The notes under the pieces were generated by a model. It had not been told where the DNA came from. It saw only the letters and a list, made by a program, of their open reading frames with translations, and made no database searches. Shown here one piece after another: positions 53,528 to 63,204 of a stretch of DNA of 64,000 bases (position 1 is its first letter; the number at the start of each line of letters is the position of its first letter). The stretch lies in IMG/VR virus record IMGVR_UViG_3300025405_000009, positions 96,001 through 160,000 of that record; one strand, given 5' to 3'. The position numbers were made by a program, and so were the translations under genes. The stretch comes from a virus.

Positions 53528-55177
53528 ATGCATAAGGATATCTATTGGCTTAATAAGGATTCAAGAAAGTTTCTTGAAAGGGGTTACCTTCTAGAAGGAG
53601 AAACTGCTGAACAACGTATTACTGACATTGCCAAGACAGCTGAAAAGCTTCTTAAGAAAAAAGGCTTTGCTCATAAATTTGAGGACTATATGCATAAGGG
53701 ATTTTATTCCTTATCATCTCCTATCTGGTCCAATTTTGGTCGTGATCGCGGATTACCAATCTCGTGCTTTGGTTCATATGTAGATGATGATATGGATGAT
53801 ATTCTTTATAAGATGTCCGAAGTAGGTGTTATGTCAAAAGTGGGTGGTGGTACATCAGGATACTTTGGAGCAATTCGACCAAGAGGGGCTAAGATTTCTT
53901 CAGGTGGTGAAGCAACAGGCGTACATCATCAGTTATCTGTCTTTGAGTCATTAACGAATTATATCTCTCAAGGTAATGTTCGTCGTGGGTCGTTTGCAGC
54001 TTACCTTCCTATTGATCATCCAGATATTGAAGAATTTCTTAAGATTAGAGGAGAAGGAGATGATATTCAGAATCTTTCAATTGGTGTCTGTATCACTGAT
54101 AAGTGGATGAAAGCTATGATGGAAGGTGATAAGGAGAAGCGTGCCATCTGGGGATTAGTTATTAAGAAGCGTTTTGAATCTGGATATCCTTATATCTTCT
54201 TTTCTGATAATGCTAACAATCAAGCACCTCAAGTCTATAAGGATAAGAAATTAAAGATTCATCATAGCAATTTGTGTTCAGAGATTATGCTCTCCAATGG
54301 AAAAGACGAATCATTTGTTTGTGATTTATCTTCGTTAAATCTTGAGCGTTGGGAAGAGTGGAAGGAAACAGATGCTGTTGAAACGTTAGTTTATTTTCTC
54401 GATGCTGTAATGACAGAATTCATTAATAAGACCGAAGGAATGAAGTTCATGGATCACCCTAGAAACTTCGCTATTAATCAACGAGCAATTGGTGTTGGTG
54501 TTCTCGGATGGCATTCTCTTCTCCAACAGAAGATGGTAGCATTTGAATCCATGCAAGCAAAGCTTCTTAATACTCAAATTTGGAAAACAATTAGAGATAA
54601 AGCAGATAAAGCTTCTGTAGAACTTGCTAAGGAATTTGGTGAACCACCTATTCTTAAGGGGTACGGTCGTAGGAATACAACAACACTTGCTGTAGCTCCA
54701 ACCACTTCTAGTTCATTCATTCTCGGTCAAGTAAGTCCATCTATTGAACCACAGAATTCAAATTATTATGTCAAGGATTTGGCTAAAGGTAAGTTTACTT
54801 TTAAGAACCCTTACCTCAAACATCTTCTTAAAGAGAAAGGAAAGCATGATGATGAGACATGGATGTCTATCTTAAAGAAAGGCGGTTCTGTTCAACATTT
54901 AGATTTCTTAACGCAACATGAAAAAGATGTCTTTAAGACGTTTGGTGAGATTAGTCAAAAAGAAGTCATTATTCAAGCTGCTGGTCGTCAGAAATACATT
55001 GATCAGGGTCAGTCATTAAATGTAATGATTCCACCGAATACCAAACCTAAGGACGTTAATGAACTTATGATATTTGCCTGGGAACAGGGAATTAAAGCTT
55101 TGTATTATCAGCGTTCAGCCAATCCTGCACAAGAATTAGCTCGTTCTATTCTAGCTTGTGCAAATTGTGAAGCATAA
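53528..55177 (+). CDS. nrdA: Ribonucleotide reductase class Ia alpha subunit (short, no ATP cone)
   Basis: PISCF, GGGTS, SNLCSEI, FVCDLSSLNL, APTTSSS, DQGQSLN, KALYY, C-terminal CANC. Confidence 0.95.
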   Translation: MHKDIYWLNKDSRKFLERGYLLEGETAEQRITDIAKTAEKLLKKKGFAHKFEDYMHKGFYSLSSPIWSNFGRDRGLPISCFGSYVDDDMDDILYKMSEVGVMSKVGGGTSGYFGAIRPRGAKISSGGEATGVHHQLSVFESLTNYISQGNVRRGSFAAYLPIDHPDIEEFLKIRGEGDDIQNLSIGVCITDKWMKAMMEGDKEKRAIWGLVIKKRFESGYPYIFFSDNANNQAPQVYKDKKLKIHHSNLCSEIMLSNGKDESFVCDLSSLNLERWEEWKETDAVETLVYFLDAVMTEFINKTEGMKFMDHPRNFAINQRAIGVGVLGWHSLLQQKMVAFESMQAKLLNTQIWKTIRDKADKASVELAKEFGEPPILKGYGRRNTTTLAVAPTTSSSFILGQVSPSIEPQNSNYYVKDLAKGKFTFKNPYLKHLLKEKGKHDDETWMSILKKGGSVQHLDFLTQHEKDVFKTFGEISQKEVIIQAAGRQKYIDQGQSLNVMIPPNTKPKDVNELMIFAWEQGIKALYYQRSANPAQELARSILACANCEA

Positions 55178-55185
55178 ATAATTCT

Positions 55186-55557
55186 ATGAGATTAGAAGCA
55201 TTAATGGAAGCAGTTAAGTCGGGATTGAATACAGCAGAAAGCTTTTTAGAGTTTCTCCATAAGCGTTTAGCTGGAGCTATTAAGATTGAAAAAATGACTC
55301 GTAAGAAAGGTGGATATAGTTTACTTACAGCAATTCATTACAAGGCAAAATTTGCTCCATATAAAGATGCTATTAGACATGCTAAAAAAGATAATAAAGA
55401 ATCTCATTATAAAGCAATGGCTGATGAGACCTATAGAAAGCTTAAGAATTGGGATAAGATGTCTCAACGTGAATTTCAAGCTGCTATGGGTGTTTTAGAG
55501 GTATACGGTGAAGTTTATATTCGTTCTACAAAACCTGAAAGTATTCGCTTGAATTAA
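55186..55557 (+). CDS. Hypothetical late protein
   Basis: 123 aa; TAAATA 5 nt upstream. Confidence 0.6.
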   Translation: MRLEALMEAVKSGLNTAESFLEFLHKRLAGAIKIEKMTRKKGGYSLLTAIHYKAKFAPYKDAIRHAKKDNKESHYKAMADETYRKLKNWDKMSQREFQAAMGVLEVYGEVYIRSTKPESIRLN

Positions 55558-55583
55558 TTTATAATATCGCTATTATAGGTGGT

Positions 55584-55817
55584 ATGGCAAAACAAGCTAC
55601 TAAAGCAAAAAAACCAGTTAAGAACGAAAAGTCATATACGAGGACAATTGTCTTTAAATATGAACCTACCTACGAGGAGCGAGAATCAATTATAAATCGT
55701 GCTATTTACGTTGAGCAAGAGCAGTATAAAAATAAGCCATTCCGTTTTATTGTAACTGAAAAAACAATGGAGCTAGTTAAGATTAAATTTTTTGTTAAAG
55801 GAAATGGACGACAATAA
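55584..55817 (+). CDS. Hypothetical protein
   Basis: 77 aa; TTGAAT-N16-TATTAT 7 nt upstream. Confidence 0.55.
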   Translation: MAKQATKAKKPVKNEKSYTRTIVFKYEPTYEERESIINRAIYVEQEQYKNKPFRFIVTEKTMELVKIKFFVKGNGRQ

Positions 55818-56100
55818 TGATTTTGATATACTAGCGTACTTTTACGCAGATACTTTTGCAGGTCATGTTTATCAATGGTACAAGAATGAGTGTATGGTAG
55901 GTAATGCTACACTACTTTTAGCTGAGAAACGAGGCGGACGACGACATTATATTAAACAAAATTTTGATGATCTAAATGAAATACCAAAATTTATAAGAGA
56001 CGGTAAAAAGAGGGAAGCTCTTTCATGGATTTCAAATGTCCTATCAGAGGAGGCAAGGAAGCAAGTAACTCCAGATATTTATGAGTATTTACAAAATTGA
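55804..56100 (+). CDS. Hypothetical protein
   Basis: Start at MDDNNDF (ATG 55804). Confidence 0.55.
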   Translation: MDDNNDFDILAYFYADTFAGHVYQWYKNECMVGNATLLLAEKRGGRRHYIKQNFDDLNEIPKFIRDGKKREALSWISNVLSEEARKQVTPDIYEYLQN

Positions 56101-56224
56101 TGGTTATGTAAATATGACTCCAGAAGATAGAAAGTACTATCAAGAGGTACGTAAAAAATATTATCCACCAGAGTATGTACCTCATTTAAGACATTTTAAA
56201 AAAAATAAATATAAGAAGAAATGA
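56081..56224 (+). CDS. Small basic protein (MSIYKIDG..., 47 aa)
   Basis: Manually found; ATGA overlap with the next gene. Confidence 0.45.
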   Translation: MSIYKIDGYVNMTPEDRKYYQEVRKKYYPPEYVPHLRHFKKNKYKKK

Positions 56225-56451
56225 AAACATTATTATTGTTTTTAATTCTATGTACTGTATGTTTTGCTGATACTAATAATACTACATCACCTACAAATTA
56301 CCCTTATCTCAATCAATACGATATTATTAACAAATATACTGAAGAGAATTTTTATCTTAAAAAGAATAATATTATTATAACTGGCGAATTTCTTAAAGAT
56401 TATACCTTGAATCGTATAACATCTTTTACTACACTTAAAATACAATTTTAA
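56221..56451 (+). CDS. Small secreted protein
   Basis: Signal peptide MKTLLLFLILCTVCFA. Confidence 0.5.
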   Translation: MKTLLLFLILCTVCFADTNNTTSPTNYPYLNQYDIINKYTEENFYLKKNNIIITGEFLKDYTLNRITSFTTLKIQF

Positions 56452-56454
56452 TTT

Positions 56455-57036
56455 ATGACTAACTTAAACTGCGCATCCGTTCTTATTTTAAACCGAAATT
56501 GGCAAGCAATTCATGTAAAATCAGCGGCAGAGGCTCTTTCTATGATGTATGTAGGTAACGCTACAGGCTTAGATATCGCCGGCTTTGATAATATGGTACC
56601 ATACAAGTGGGAGAATTGGGTCTCTCTACCTTTTGATGAAAAGGCTGAATATGTCAGCACCATACGTGGTCAAATAAAGGTCCCCAAGGTTATTGTGTTA
56701 TGTGAATATGATAAAGTTCCAAAGAGAAGACCGAAATTTTCATCTAAAGCTATTTGGAATAGAGATGAAGGTACCTGTCAATATACTGGTAAGAAGCTAA
56801 CACCGAATGAAGCAAATATCGATCATGTTTTACCAAGAAGTAAGGGAGGTAGGACAACATGGACAAATTGTGTTCTCTCCCACAAAGAAGTAAATCATAA
56901 GAAAGGTAATAGAACACCTGAAGAAGCTGGACTCAAACTCATCCGTCAACCATATGAGCCTAGAGCAGTTCCAACAATGCTTTATATTAACAATCACCAG
57001 AATATTCCTGAATGGGATATCTTTTTAAAGCTATGA
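56455..57036 (+). CDS. HNH endonuclease (McrA-like)
   Basis: VLILNRNWQ, RDEGTCQYTG, NIDHVLPRSKGG.TTWTNCV....N.KKGNRTPEEAG. Confidence 0.9.
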   Translation: MTNLNCASVLILNRNWQAIHVKSAAEALSMMYVGNATGLDIAGFDNMVPYKWENWVSLPFDEKAEYVSTIRGQIKVPKVIVLCEYDKVPKRRPKFSSKAIWNRDEGTCQYTGKKLTPNEANIDHVLPRSKGGRTTWTNCVLSHKEVNHKKGNRTPEEAGLKLIRQPYEPRAVPTMLYINNHQNIPEWDIFLKL

Positions 57037-57467
57037 GTAGACCTTCATGGGATGAATACGCCATGCAACTTGCAATGGTGGCAGCATTAAGATCAGAAGA
57101 TCCAAGAACTAAAGTTGGTTGTTGTCTTTTACGATATGATCATACAGTAGCAAGTTTAGGGTATAATGGAGCTCCATCAGGAGTAGAAATTGAGTGGCAC
57201 AATCGAGTGGAAAAACATAAAAGAGTAATTCACGCTGAGGTTAATGCTTGTAGAATGATAAAGCCTGGAGAGTGTTATCTTGCTGCTATAACTCACGCTC
57301 CTTGTAATGATTGTCTAAAAACATTAGCAGCTTACGGAATTAAAAAGATAGTTTATGTAGAGTCATATAAATTTGATGAATCATATTCACCTGAAAACAT
57401 TGCAAAAGATTATGGAATTGAAATAATACAGCTATCTGCATCATTGAAATCTGTTTTTATGTCTTAA
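57033..57467 (+). CDS. dCMP deaminase
   Basis: MSRPSWDEY, KVGC, GYNGAPSG, HAEVNA, PCNDC. Confidence 0.9.
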   Translation: MSRPSWDEYAMQLAMVAALRSEDPRTKVGCCLLRYDHTVASLGYNGAPSGVEIEWHNRVEKHKRVIHAEVNACRMIKPGECYLAAITHAPCNDCLKTLAAYGIKKIVYVESYKFDESYSPENIAKDYGIEIIQLSASLKSVFMS

Positions 57468-57475
57468 ATATTCAT

Positions 57476-57919
57476 GTGCTTAATGATATTTTAATAAACA
57501 ATAATACAACATGTAAGTTTGTAGATATAGAAGGTGCGGAAAATGTAATTTATTGTAGACCTTTTGAAGAGAGTCTTGATAATGTTGCTGTAATTGTTAC
57601 TAATGGTAGTGAATTTGTTCATAAAATTATTACTGAGTCAACAGGTGATAATTATCTAGTGACAAGTGTGCAGCTATCTGATGGCGAAGTTTTCGATAAT
57701 GTAAAATTTAAATTAGCAGTTTGTGAAGAGGTAGAGTTACCTCATTCAACTATAGATACATTAGCATTTGATTTACCCTCAGATTTTCATGAAATATCTG
57801 CACCACCTGCTCTTATTCGTGAAAGTAATTCTAATTATGCTGCTACCACAGCTCCTATAAATTATACTAAACATTTAAGAAGTTATCTAAATAAGATAAT
57901 AAAGTCTAAAGCACTATAA
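57476..57919 (+). CDS. Hypothetical late protein
   Basis: GTG 5 nt after TAAATA. Confidence 0.55.
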   Translation: MLNDILINNNTTCKFVDIEGAENVIYCRPFEESLDNVAVIVTNGSEFVHKIITESTGDNYLVTSVQLSDGEVFDNVKFKLAVCEEVELPHSTIDTLAFDLPSDFHEISAPPALIRESNSNYAATTAPINYTKHLRSYLNKIIKSKAL

Positions 57920-57947
57920 TTTAAGGGTTTTTACTTTAAATAATGAC

Positions 57948-60900
57948 GTGGAACAGGATCCGTTAATAAACTTTCTATCTAATCTTTCCCAAAAGATTAA
58001 TGTAGAGAAAGAGCACAAGGCCATTATGGAAGGACTTGAGGCTCCGGAAACTGTTACTCCTCTTGCTGTTACCTTAGCTAATTTACAAGAAAAAATTGCT
58101 AAACAAGTTCAGGCTCACCTTCCTTCTACTGAAGCTACTGTAGAACAACCAGTAATAGCTATAGAAGAGTCTGAAGAGATTTTAGAAGATAAAGACAATT
58201 TTGGTGATTTTTTAGGTAAATTAAAGGATATATTGGCAAACCCAAAAGATCCTACTGTCCCTGAAGTTAAAGTACCGATTGTAGAAGAGATTGAAGAAGA
58301 AATACCGGTAGAAGTACCAAAAGCTCCTATTGTTACTGCTACACCAAAGAACGATTATATTCAGGAACTGGAGAGACAATCTAAACCGCCTGCTGCTAAA
58401 AAAACAGCTAATGATTATACATTAGAACTTGATAAACTTAGTACTGATATTATTAGCGAAACCGAACCTGTTAAAATGGAGAGTATTAAGAAACTTCTTG
58501 AGGAGTACATGGAGAAGTATCTTAAGAAGGCTGCTGTCATGGCTGAGTACGCAGGAGGTGGAGGCTCAGTAGCTCAACAATTTGCTAATGGCGGTACAAT
58601 GAACGGTACCTTAAACGTCACTGGTCAATACCTCTCCGGTGGTGTAGATATTGCTACATTGTTCTCAACAGGGAGCGGTAGCGGTGGAAGCGGAAATGCA
58701 GCTGTTAATAGTGTAGTCATTTCAAGTTCTGCTAACTGGAATAATACCTATACAACCGTACAAGGCAATAGCGCTAGTTGGGGTGCAGGTGGTACACCGC
58801 AAACTCTTTCCTTCAACTCTAATACCGCGGCTTTATCTATTAGTAATGGTAACACAGTTAGTCTCTCGGCTTTAAGTGCAACAAGTACATCTGCCAATCT
58901 CGGTCAAATACCTACATTAAGTGCTAACTGGAATAGTAGTTATACAACTTTAACAGCAAATAGTGCTAGCTGGAATAGTGTATATAGCTATGTAAATTCA
59001 ACTTCTGCTACAAATAATCCAGGCTATAATGCAACAACATTTAGTAAGTTATCTAGTCAAGCCTTTACGTATATCCCGTCTACATCGTCTGTCAATACAG
59101 TAATTGGTAATAATATTTTATCCGGATATGGTATTGTTACACCTAATCAAAATCACCCTAACTATGGATATATTTGTAATTCGTCTATTTTAGGGGGATG
59201 TAATAATGCTCTTTATGCCGTTGGTACCGACGCTAACGATAGTGGATGTAGTGATGGAGCCGGGACATCTTGTATTACAAATTCTATAATTTTAGGTGGT
59301 GTACAAAATCAAATTTGTAATACAGCATCTGGCTATTATAGTAGTGTTGCTTTTGGTAATAGTTATTCCAACGTTTATAATTCTGTTATTTTAACCGGTA
59401 ATCAAAATTTAATACGAGCTACTAATTGTGGTTTACCTAATTCTTGTACAGGTAGCGCTACAATTTTAGGAGGTAGTAATAATACTATATCTAGTAGTTA
59501 TGGCCGTGCATCTTGTAGTACAATTACTAATGGTGTTTCAGGGTATATTGGAGCAGCTTTATCGTTTATTGGTAATGGTTCATGTAATACTGTTAATAGT
59601 GGTTTAACATTTATTGGTACAGGTTGTAATAATACTATTAACGGTGGTGGTACTTCTGCTTTATTAAATGGTATTTGTAACTCAATAACTGGTGCTGGTT
59701 TATTAATTGGTAATGGTTGTGGTAATAATTTACAGGCAAATTATAGTACTATTTTAAATGGAACGTGTAATGTAAATTTTTGTAATTTCTCTAATGTATT
59801 AAATGGTTCACTAAATTGTGCAACTGCATTGAGTGTAGCAATTAATAACGGATTTTGTAATACTGCCAGTAGTCAATATTCTACTATTGTTAATGGTAAA
59901 CAAAATACAGCTACATATGGCTTAGGTCCATACCCTAGAATATTATTACATTTTGATTCATTTATCGGAATTGCTGATTCTTCAATATATGGGCTTACAG
60001 TCACTAATCCGAGTAATTTAACAGTAGGTGTATCAGGTAAATTTAATAATGGAATTTATTTTCCAGGATCAGCTTTCCTAGCTATTAATACAAACTCCCC
60101 AATAGGAACTGGTAATTTTTCAGTCGACTTATGGTTCAATAATAGTGGTAATAATACTGGATTTATACTTGGAAACTATACTACTGGTAGTGCTGGAAAT
60201 CCTCGTATATACGTAAATAACGGAAATATAAGTTATCGCACAACATCTACTGGTAGTGATCTAATAATATCTAGCTTTACACCAAATGTTTGGAATCACG
60301 TTGCTTTAAGTCGAGTTAGTGGTACTACAACACTCTATTTAAATGGTGTTAGTGTTGGTACATATGCTGACAGTGCTAATTACAGTAATAACTGGAATTT
60401 TAGATTAGGTATAGGTAATTCTGGTGGAGGTAGTTTTTATACAGGCTATATTGATGAGGTAAGAGTGTTTAACGGTTATTCTCCTTATTCAGGTAATTTT
60501 ACTCCTCCTACAGCTCCCTATTCGTTAGGTTCATCGAGTGTTCTCGGTGGTGTGTATAATAGCGTATATGGAGATAATTCTTCTATTATCGGTGGCACTA
60601 ATAATACATTAAGTGCTAATAATTCATTTATCTTAGGATCTAATATTTTTGTTAGTGCTGTTAATAACTTTACATTTGTTAACAATATCTCTTCACAGGG
60701 ATTAGTTTATGATGGTACAGGTAATAGTAGTCAATGGAATAGTACATTTACAACGGTATCAGCTAATAGTGCTAATTGGAATACTGCTTATACATTAGCT
60801 ACTGGATTAACCTCTCTAAGTAGTAATTGGCAATCAACCTATACAACTGTTAGTTCAAATAGTGCTAATTGGAATACTTCTTATACCCTGGTTCAAAATA

Positions 60901-61481
60901 ATTCTGCAGGATGGAATAATCCATTAAGCGCTTACTCTTTTATTACCAATGGCAGTACATCTATTTTTAATCTTAGCACAACAGCGCCATTCACGAATGC
61001 TGCAGCGTATATTGTATCTCTAAATGGAGCTATTCAAACTCCTACTACAGACTTTACAATAACATATAGTGGAACGAATTATCTTAACCTTAATTTTACC
61101 CCTAGAGCTGGAGCTTTAATCGATGTCCAGGTTCTTGGTAATGGTGTTATAACAAACAGTAGTGTAGTAACGGTTAGTTCGAGTACCTATAACCCGTTAT
61201 ATGCTTACGTAAATAGTAATTTCTCTGTCAATGTACCAACTGGTAATTATATGGTAGATACTACAACTTCTGGAGTTACTGGCGTATTACCTACAACACC
61301 GACCATTGGAACAGTAATTGGATTTATGGACCCCTATTATACCTGGGCTACTAATAATTTTACTCTATCTGCTTCTACTAACATAGAGAATCAAAATCAA
61401 ACAGTTGCTATGAATATTGCAGGTTTTTCTCTAAAAGCTATCTATGTTGGTGGTACATACGGATGGAGGCTTGTACAATAA
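57948..61481 (+). CDS. Tail fibre/receptor-binding protein with acidic N-terminus, SANW repeats, Gly/Cys repeats and LamG domain
   Basis: GGGGSVAQQFANGGTMNG linker; NSANWN repeats; LamG (FSVDLWF..WNHVALSR..LYLNG..YIDEVRV); C-terminal IYVGGTYGWRL. Confidence 0.75.
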   Translation: MEQDPLINFLSNLSQKINVEKEHKAIMEGLEAPETVTPLAVTLANLQEKIAKQVQAHLPSTEATVEQPVIAIEESEEILEDKDNFGDFLGKLKDILANPKDPTVPEVKVPIVEEIEEEIPVEVPKAPIVTATPKNDYIQELERQSKPPAAKKTANDYTLELDKLSTDIISETEPVKMESIKKLLEEYMEKYLKKAAVMAEYAGGGGSVAQQFANGGTMNGTLNVTGQYLSGGVDIATLFSTGSGSGGSGNAAVNSVVISSSANWNNTYTTVQGNSASWGAGGTPQTLSFNSNTAALSISNGNTVSLSALSATSTSANLGQIPTLSANWNSSYTTLTANSASWNSVYSYVNSTSATNNPGYNATTFSKLSSQAFTYIPSTSSVNTVIGNNILSGYGIVTPNQNHPNYGYICNSSILGGCNNALYAVGTDANDSGCSDGAGTSCITNSIILGGVQNQICNTASGYYSSVAFGNSYSNVYNSVILTGNQNLIRATNCGLPNSCTGSATILGGSNNTISSSYGRASCSTITNGVSGYIGAALSFIGNGSCNTVNSGLTFIGTGCNNTINGGGTSALLNGICNSITGAGLLIGNGCGNNLQANYSTILNGTCNVNFCNFSNVLNGSLNCATALSVAINNGFCNTASSQYSTIVNGKQNTATYGLGPYPRILLHFDSFIGIADSSIYGLTVTNPSNLTVGVSGKFNNGIYFPGSAFLAINTNSPIGTGNFSVDLWFNNSGNNTGFILGNYTTGSAGNPRIYVNNGNISYRTTSTGSDLIISSFTPNVWNHVALSRVSGTTTLYLNGVSVGTYADSANYSNNWNFRLGIGNSGGGSFYTGYIDEVRVFNGYSPYSGNFTPPTAPYSLGSSSVLGGVYNSVYGDNSSIIGGTNNTLSANNSFILGSNIFVSAVNNFTFVNNISSQGLVYDGTGNSSQWNSTFTTVSANSANWNTAYTLATGLTSLSSNWQSTYTTVSSNSANWNTSYTLVQNNSAGWNNPLSAYSFITNGSTSIFNLSTTAPFTNAAAYIVSLNGAIQTPTTDFTITYSGTNYLNLNFTPRAGALIDVQVLGNGVITNSSVVTVSSSTYNPLYAYVNSNFSVNVPTGNYMVDTTTSGVTGVLPTTPTIGTVIGFMDPYYTWATNNFTLSASTNIENQNQTVAMNIAGFSLKAIYVGGTYGWRLVQ

Positions 61482-61500
61482 CGAATAAATAAACACGACG

Positions 61501-63198
61501 ATGATCTACTTAACCTCATTATTAAATCCGACTAGTAGTTACGTACTACCACAGCCCCTTTCGGTTACTACAACAAACCCTGTAACCTCATTAAGTGCTA
61601 CGATAACAAATGCTGTTTCAACAATACCATCTGGTATTCAGTTAGTAAGTAACGCACCAGGTTATCAGCTTGATCAAACCGGTCGTGCAAGAACTGCTAT
61701 ACTCGGTCAACAATGGTGGTATAATTCAACAACTGATAAGGATGGAGATTATCGAATGATTGAATCCTTTACGTCGACGGCAACTAGTATCTATGTTCAG
61801 AATTATGCTAGTACATTGATGACATCAGGGACGGCAAATGGAGCTACAGCAATTAGAACAAGTCGTCGTAGACATAAACTACGTCCCGGTGTAGGTATGC
61901 AGTATTTTGGTACCTGGTGCTGGGATGGTTATGATACAAATGTTGTAAAGCGTAAGGGTTGGTTTACTGGCTTTAATGGTTTCTTCTTTGAATTATCAGG
62001 CGGGGACATGAACGCGGTTGTTCGTATGAGATTAATGGATGGATCTCTACTGGAAACAAGAGTACCAAGAAGTCAATTTAATGGTGATAAAATAGATGGT
62101 AATGGACCGAGTGGAGAGAACTGGAATTTACCTGCCTTATCTGCTTATACTACTAATACAATAACTCCAACAGTTACTGCTGTTTCCGTTGGTAGTACTA
62201 CAGTTTGGAATGTACGATATAGTGTAACAAATGCTGCTCAGGCTAGTGCCTTCCCTATTGGTTCTAAAGTTACTGTAAATGGATTTACTCCGTTTACGCT
62301 TAACGGACCTGCTATTGTTCAGTCCTATAATACGGCTACTCCTTCTATTACTCTAACCTACCCATTAAGTGTTGGTAATTATAGTTCAGGGGCTAGTACT
62401 GGAAATATAATACAAACTGCCTTCCACGGAACCCATACCTATTGGTTAGATATTATTGGTAATAGAACTAATCAAGTTCGTTTCGGTAAGGTAACCGATA
62501 AGGGTGAAGTCATTCTACATACAATGGCCTTTGACGGTCAATTTGGTTCTCCTTATGCTAATGCTCCAGCAATGCCAGTTAGAAAAGAAATTTATAATAC
62601 AGGAACTGTTAATTATAACCCAACAATATCTATGTTCGGTTGTTCTATTAACGTTGAAGCAAATGTTGAGCTTAATCCTTATTTTTCTTCCGTATATAAT
62701 AATACAATAATTAACTGTAATTTAAACCAAGAAGTAGTTATTCTAGGAGTCGGTCAGAGATTTGGTGAACCATGGCAGAGAGGAGACATTCAGGTTCAGA
62801 GTATTGGTATTCAAGATACTGCTAATGGACCAGGCAAAAATTCGAGTCAATCACTCATCTTTTGGCGGCTCTTATTAAACCCAGGATTAAGTGGATTACC
62901 AACTCCTGTTAATACAGGTAAGTCAATTCAGTATTGGCCCTGTACTTCAACAACTGGACTAACAGGTAGTCAACCTAGTGGCTATGCTAATATGGGTGGA
63001 GGTTGGGAGTTATTAACAGGATATGCATCATCAGGTGATACAATTAACGTTAATACTCAGTTAAACTTCCTTAACCTCGGATCTAATATTCAATATACAG
63101 ATGCTGACAAGATTTTCTTAACAGCTAAAATAATAGCAGCAGGTGGTGCAACTCCAGCAACTCTAGTTGGTAACATGAATGTCATTGAATCACTATAA
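61501..63198 (+). CDS. Putative virion structural protein
   Basis: 565 aa, beta-rich; RTSRRRHKLRPG, KRKGWF..FNGFFFE; between fibre genes; TAAATA upstream. Confidence 0.6.
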   Translation: MIYLTSLLNPTSSYVLPQPLSVTTTNPVTSLSATITNAVSTIPSGIQLVSNAPGYQLDQTGRARTAILGQQWWYNSTTDKDGDYRMIESFTSTATSIYVQNYASTLMTSGTANGATAIRTSRRRHKLRPGVGMQYFGTWCWDGYDTNVVKRKGWFTGFNGFFFELSGGDMNAVVRMRLMDGSLLETRVPRSQFNGDKIDGNGPSGENWNLPALSAYTTNTITPTVTAVSVGSTTVWNVRYSVTNAAQASAFPIGSKVTVNGFTPFTLNGPAIVQSYNTATPSITLTYPLSVGNYSSGASTGNIIQTAFHGTHTYWLDIIGNRTNQVRFGKVTDKGEVILHTMAFDGQFGSPYANAPAMPVRKEIYNTGTVNYNPTISMFGCSINVEANVELNPYFSSVYNNTIINCNLNQEVVILGVGQRFGEPWQRGDIQVQSIGIQDTANGPGKNSSQSLIFWRLLLNPGLSGLPTPVNTGKSIQYWPCTSTTGLTGSQPSGYANMGGGWELLTGYASSGDTINVNTQLNFLNLGSNIQYTDADKIFLTAKIIAAGGATPATLVGNMNVIESL

Positions 63199-63204
63199 AA
63201 TAAA

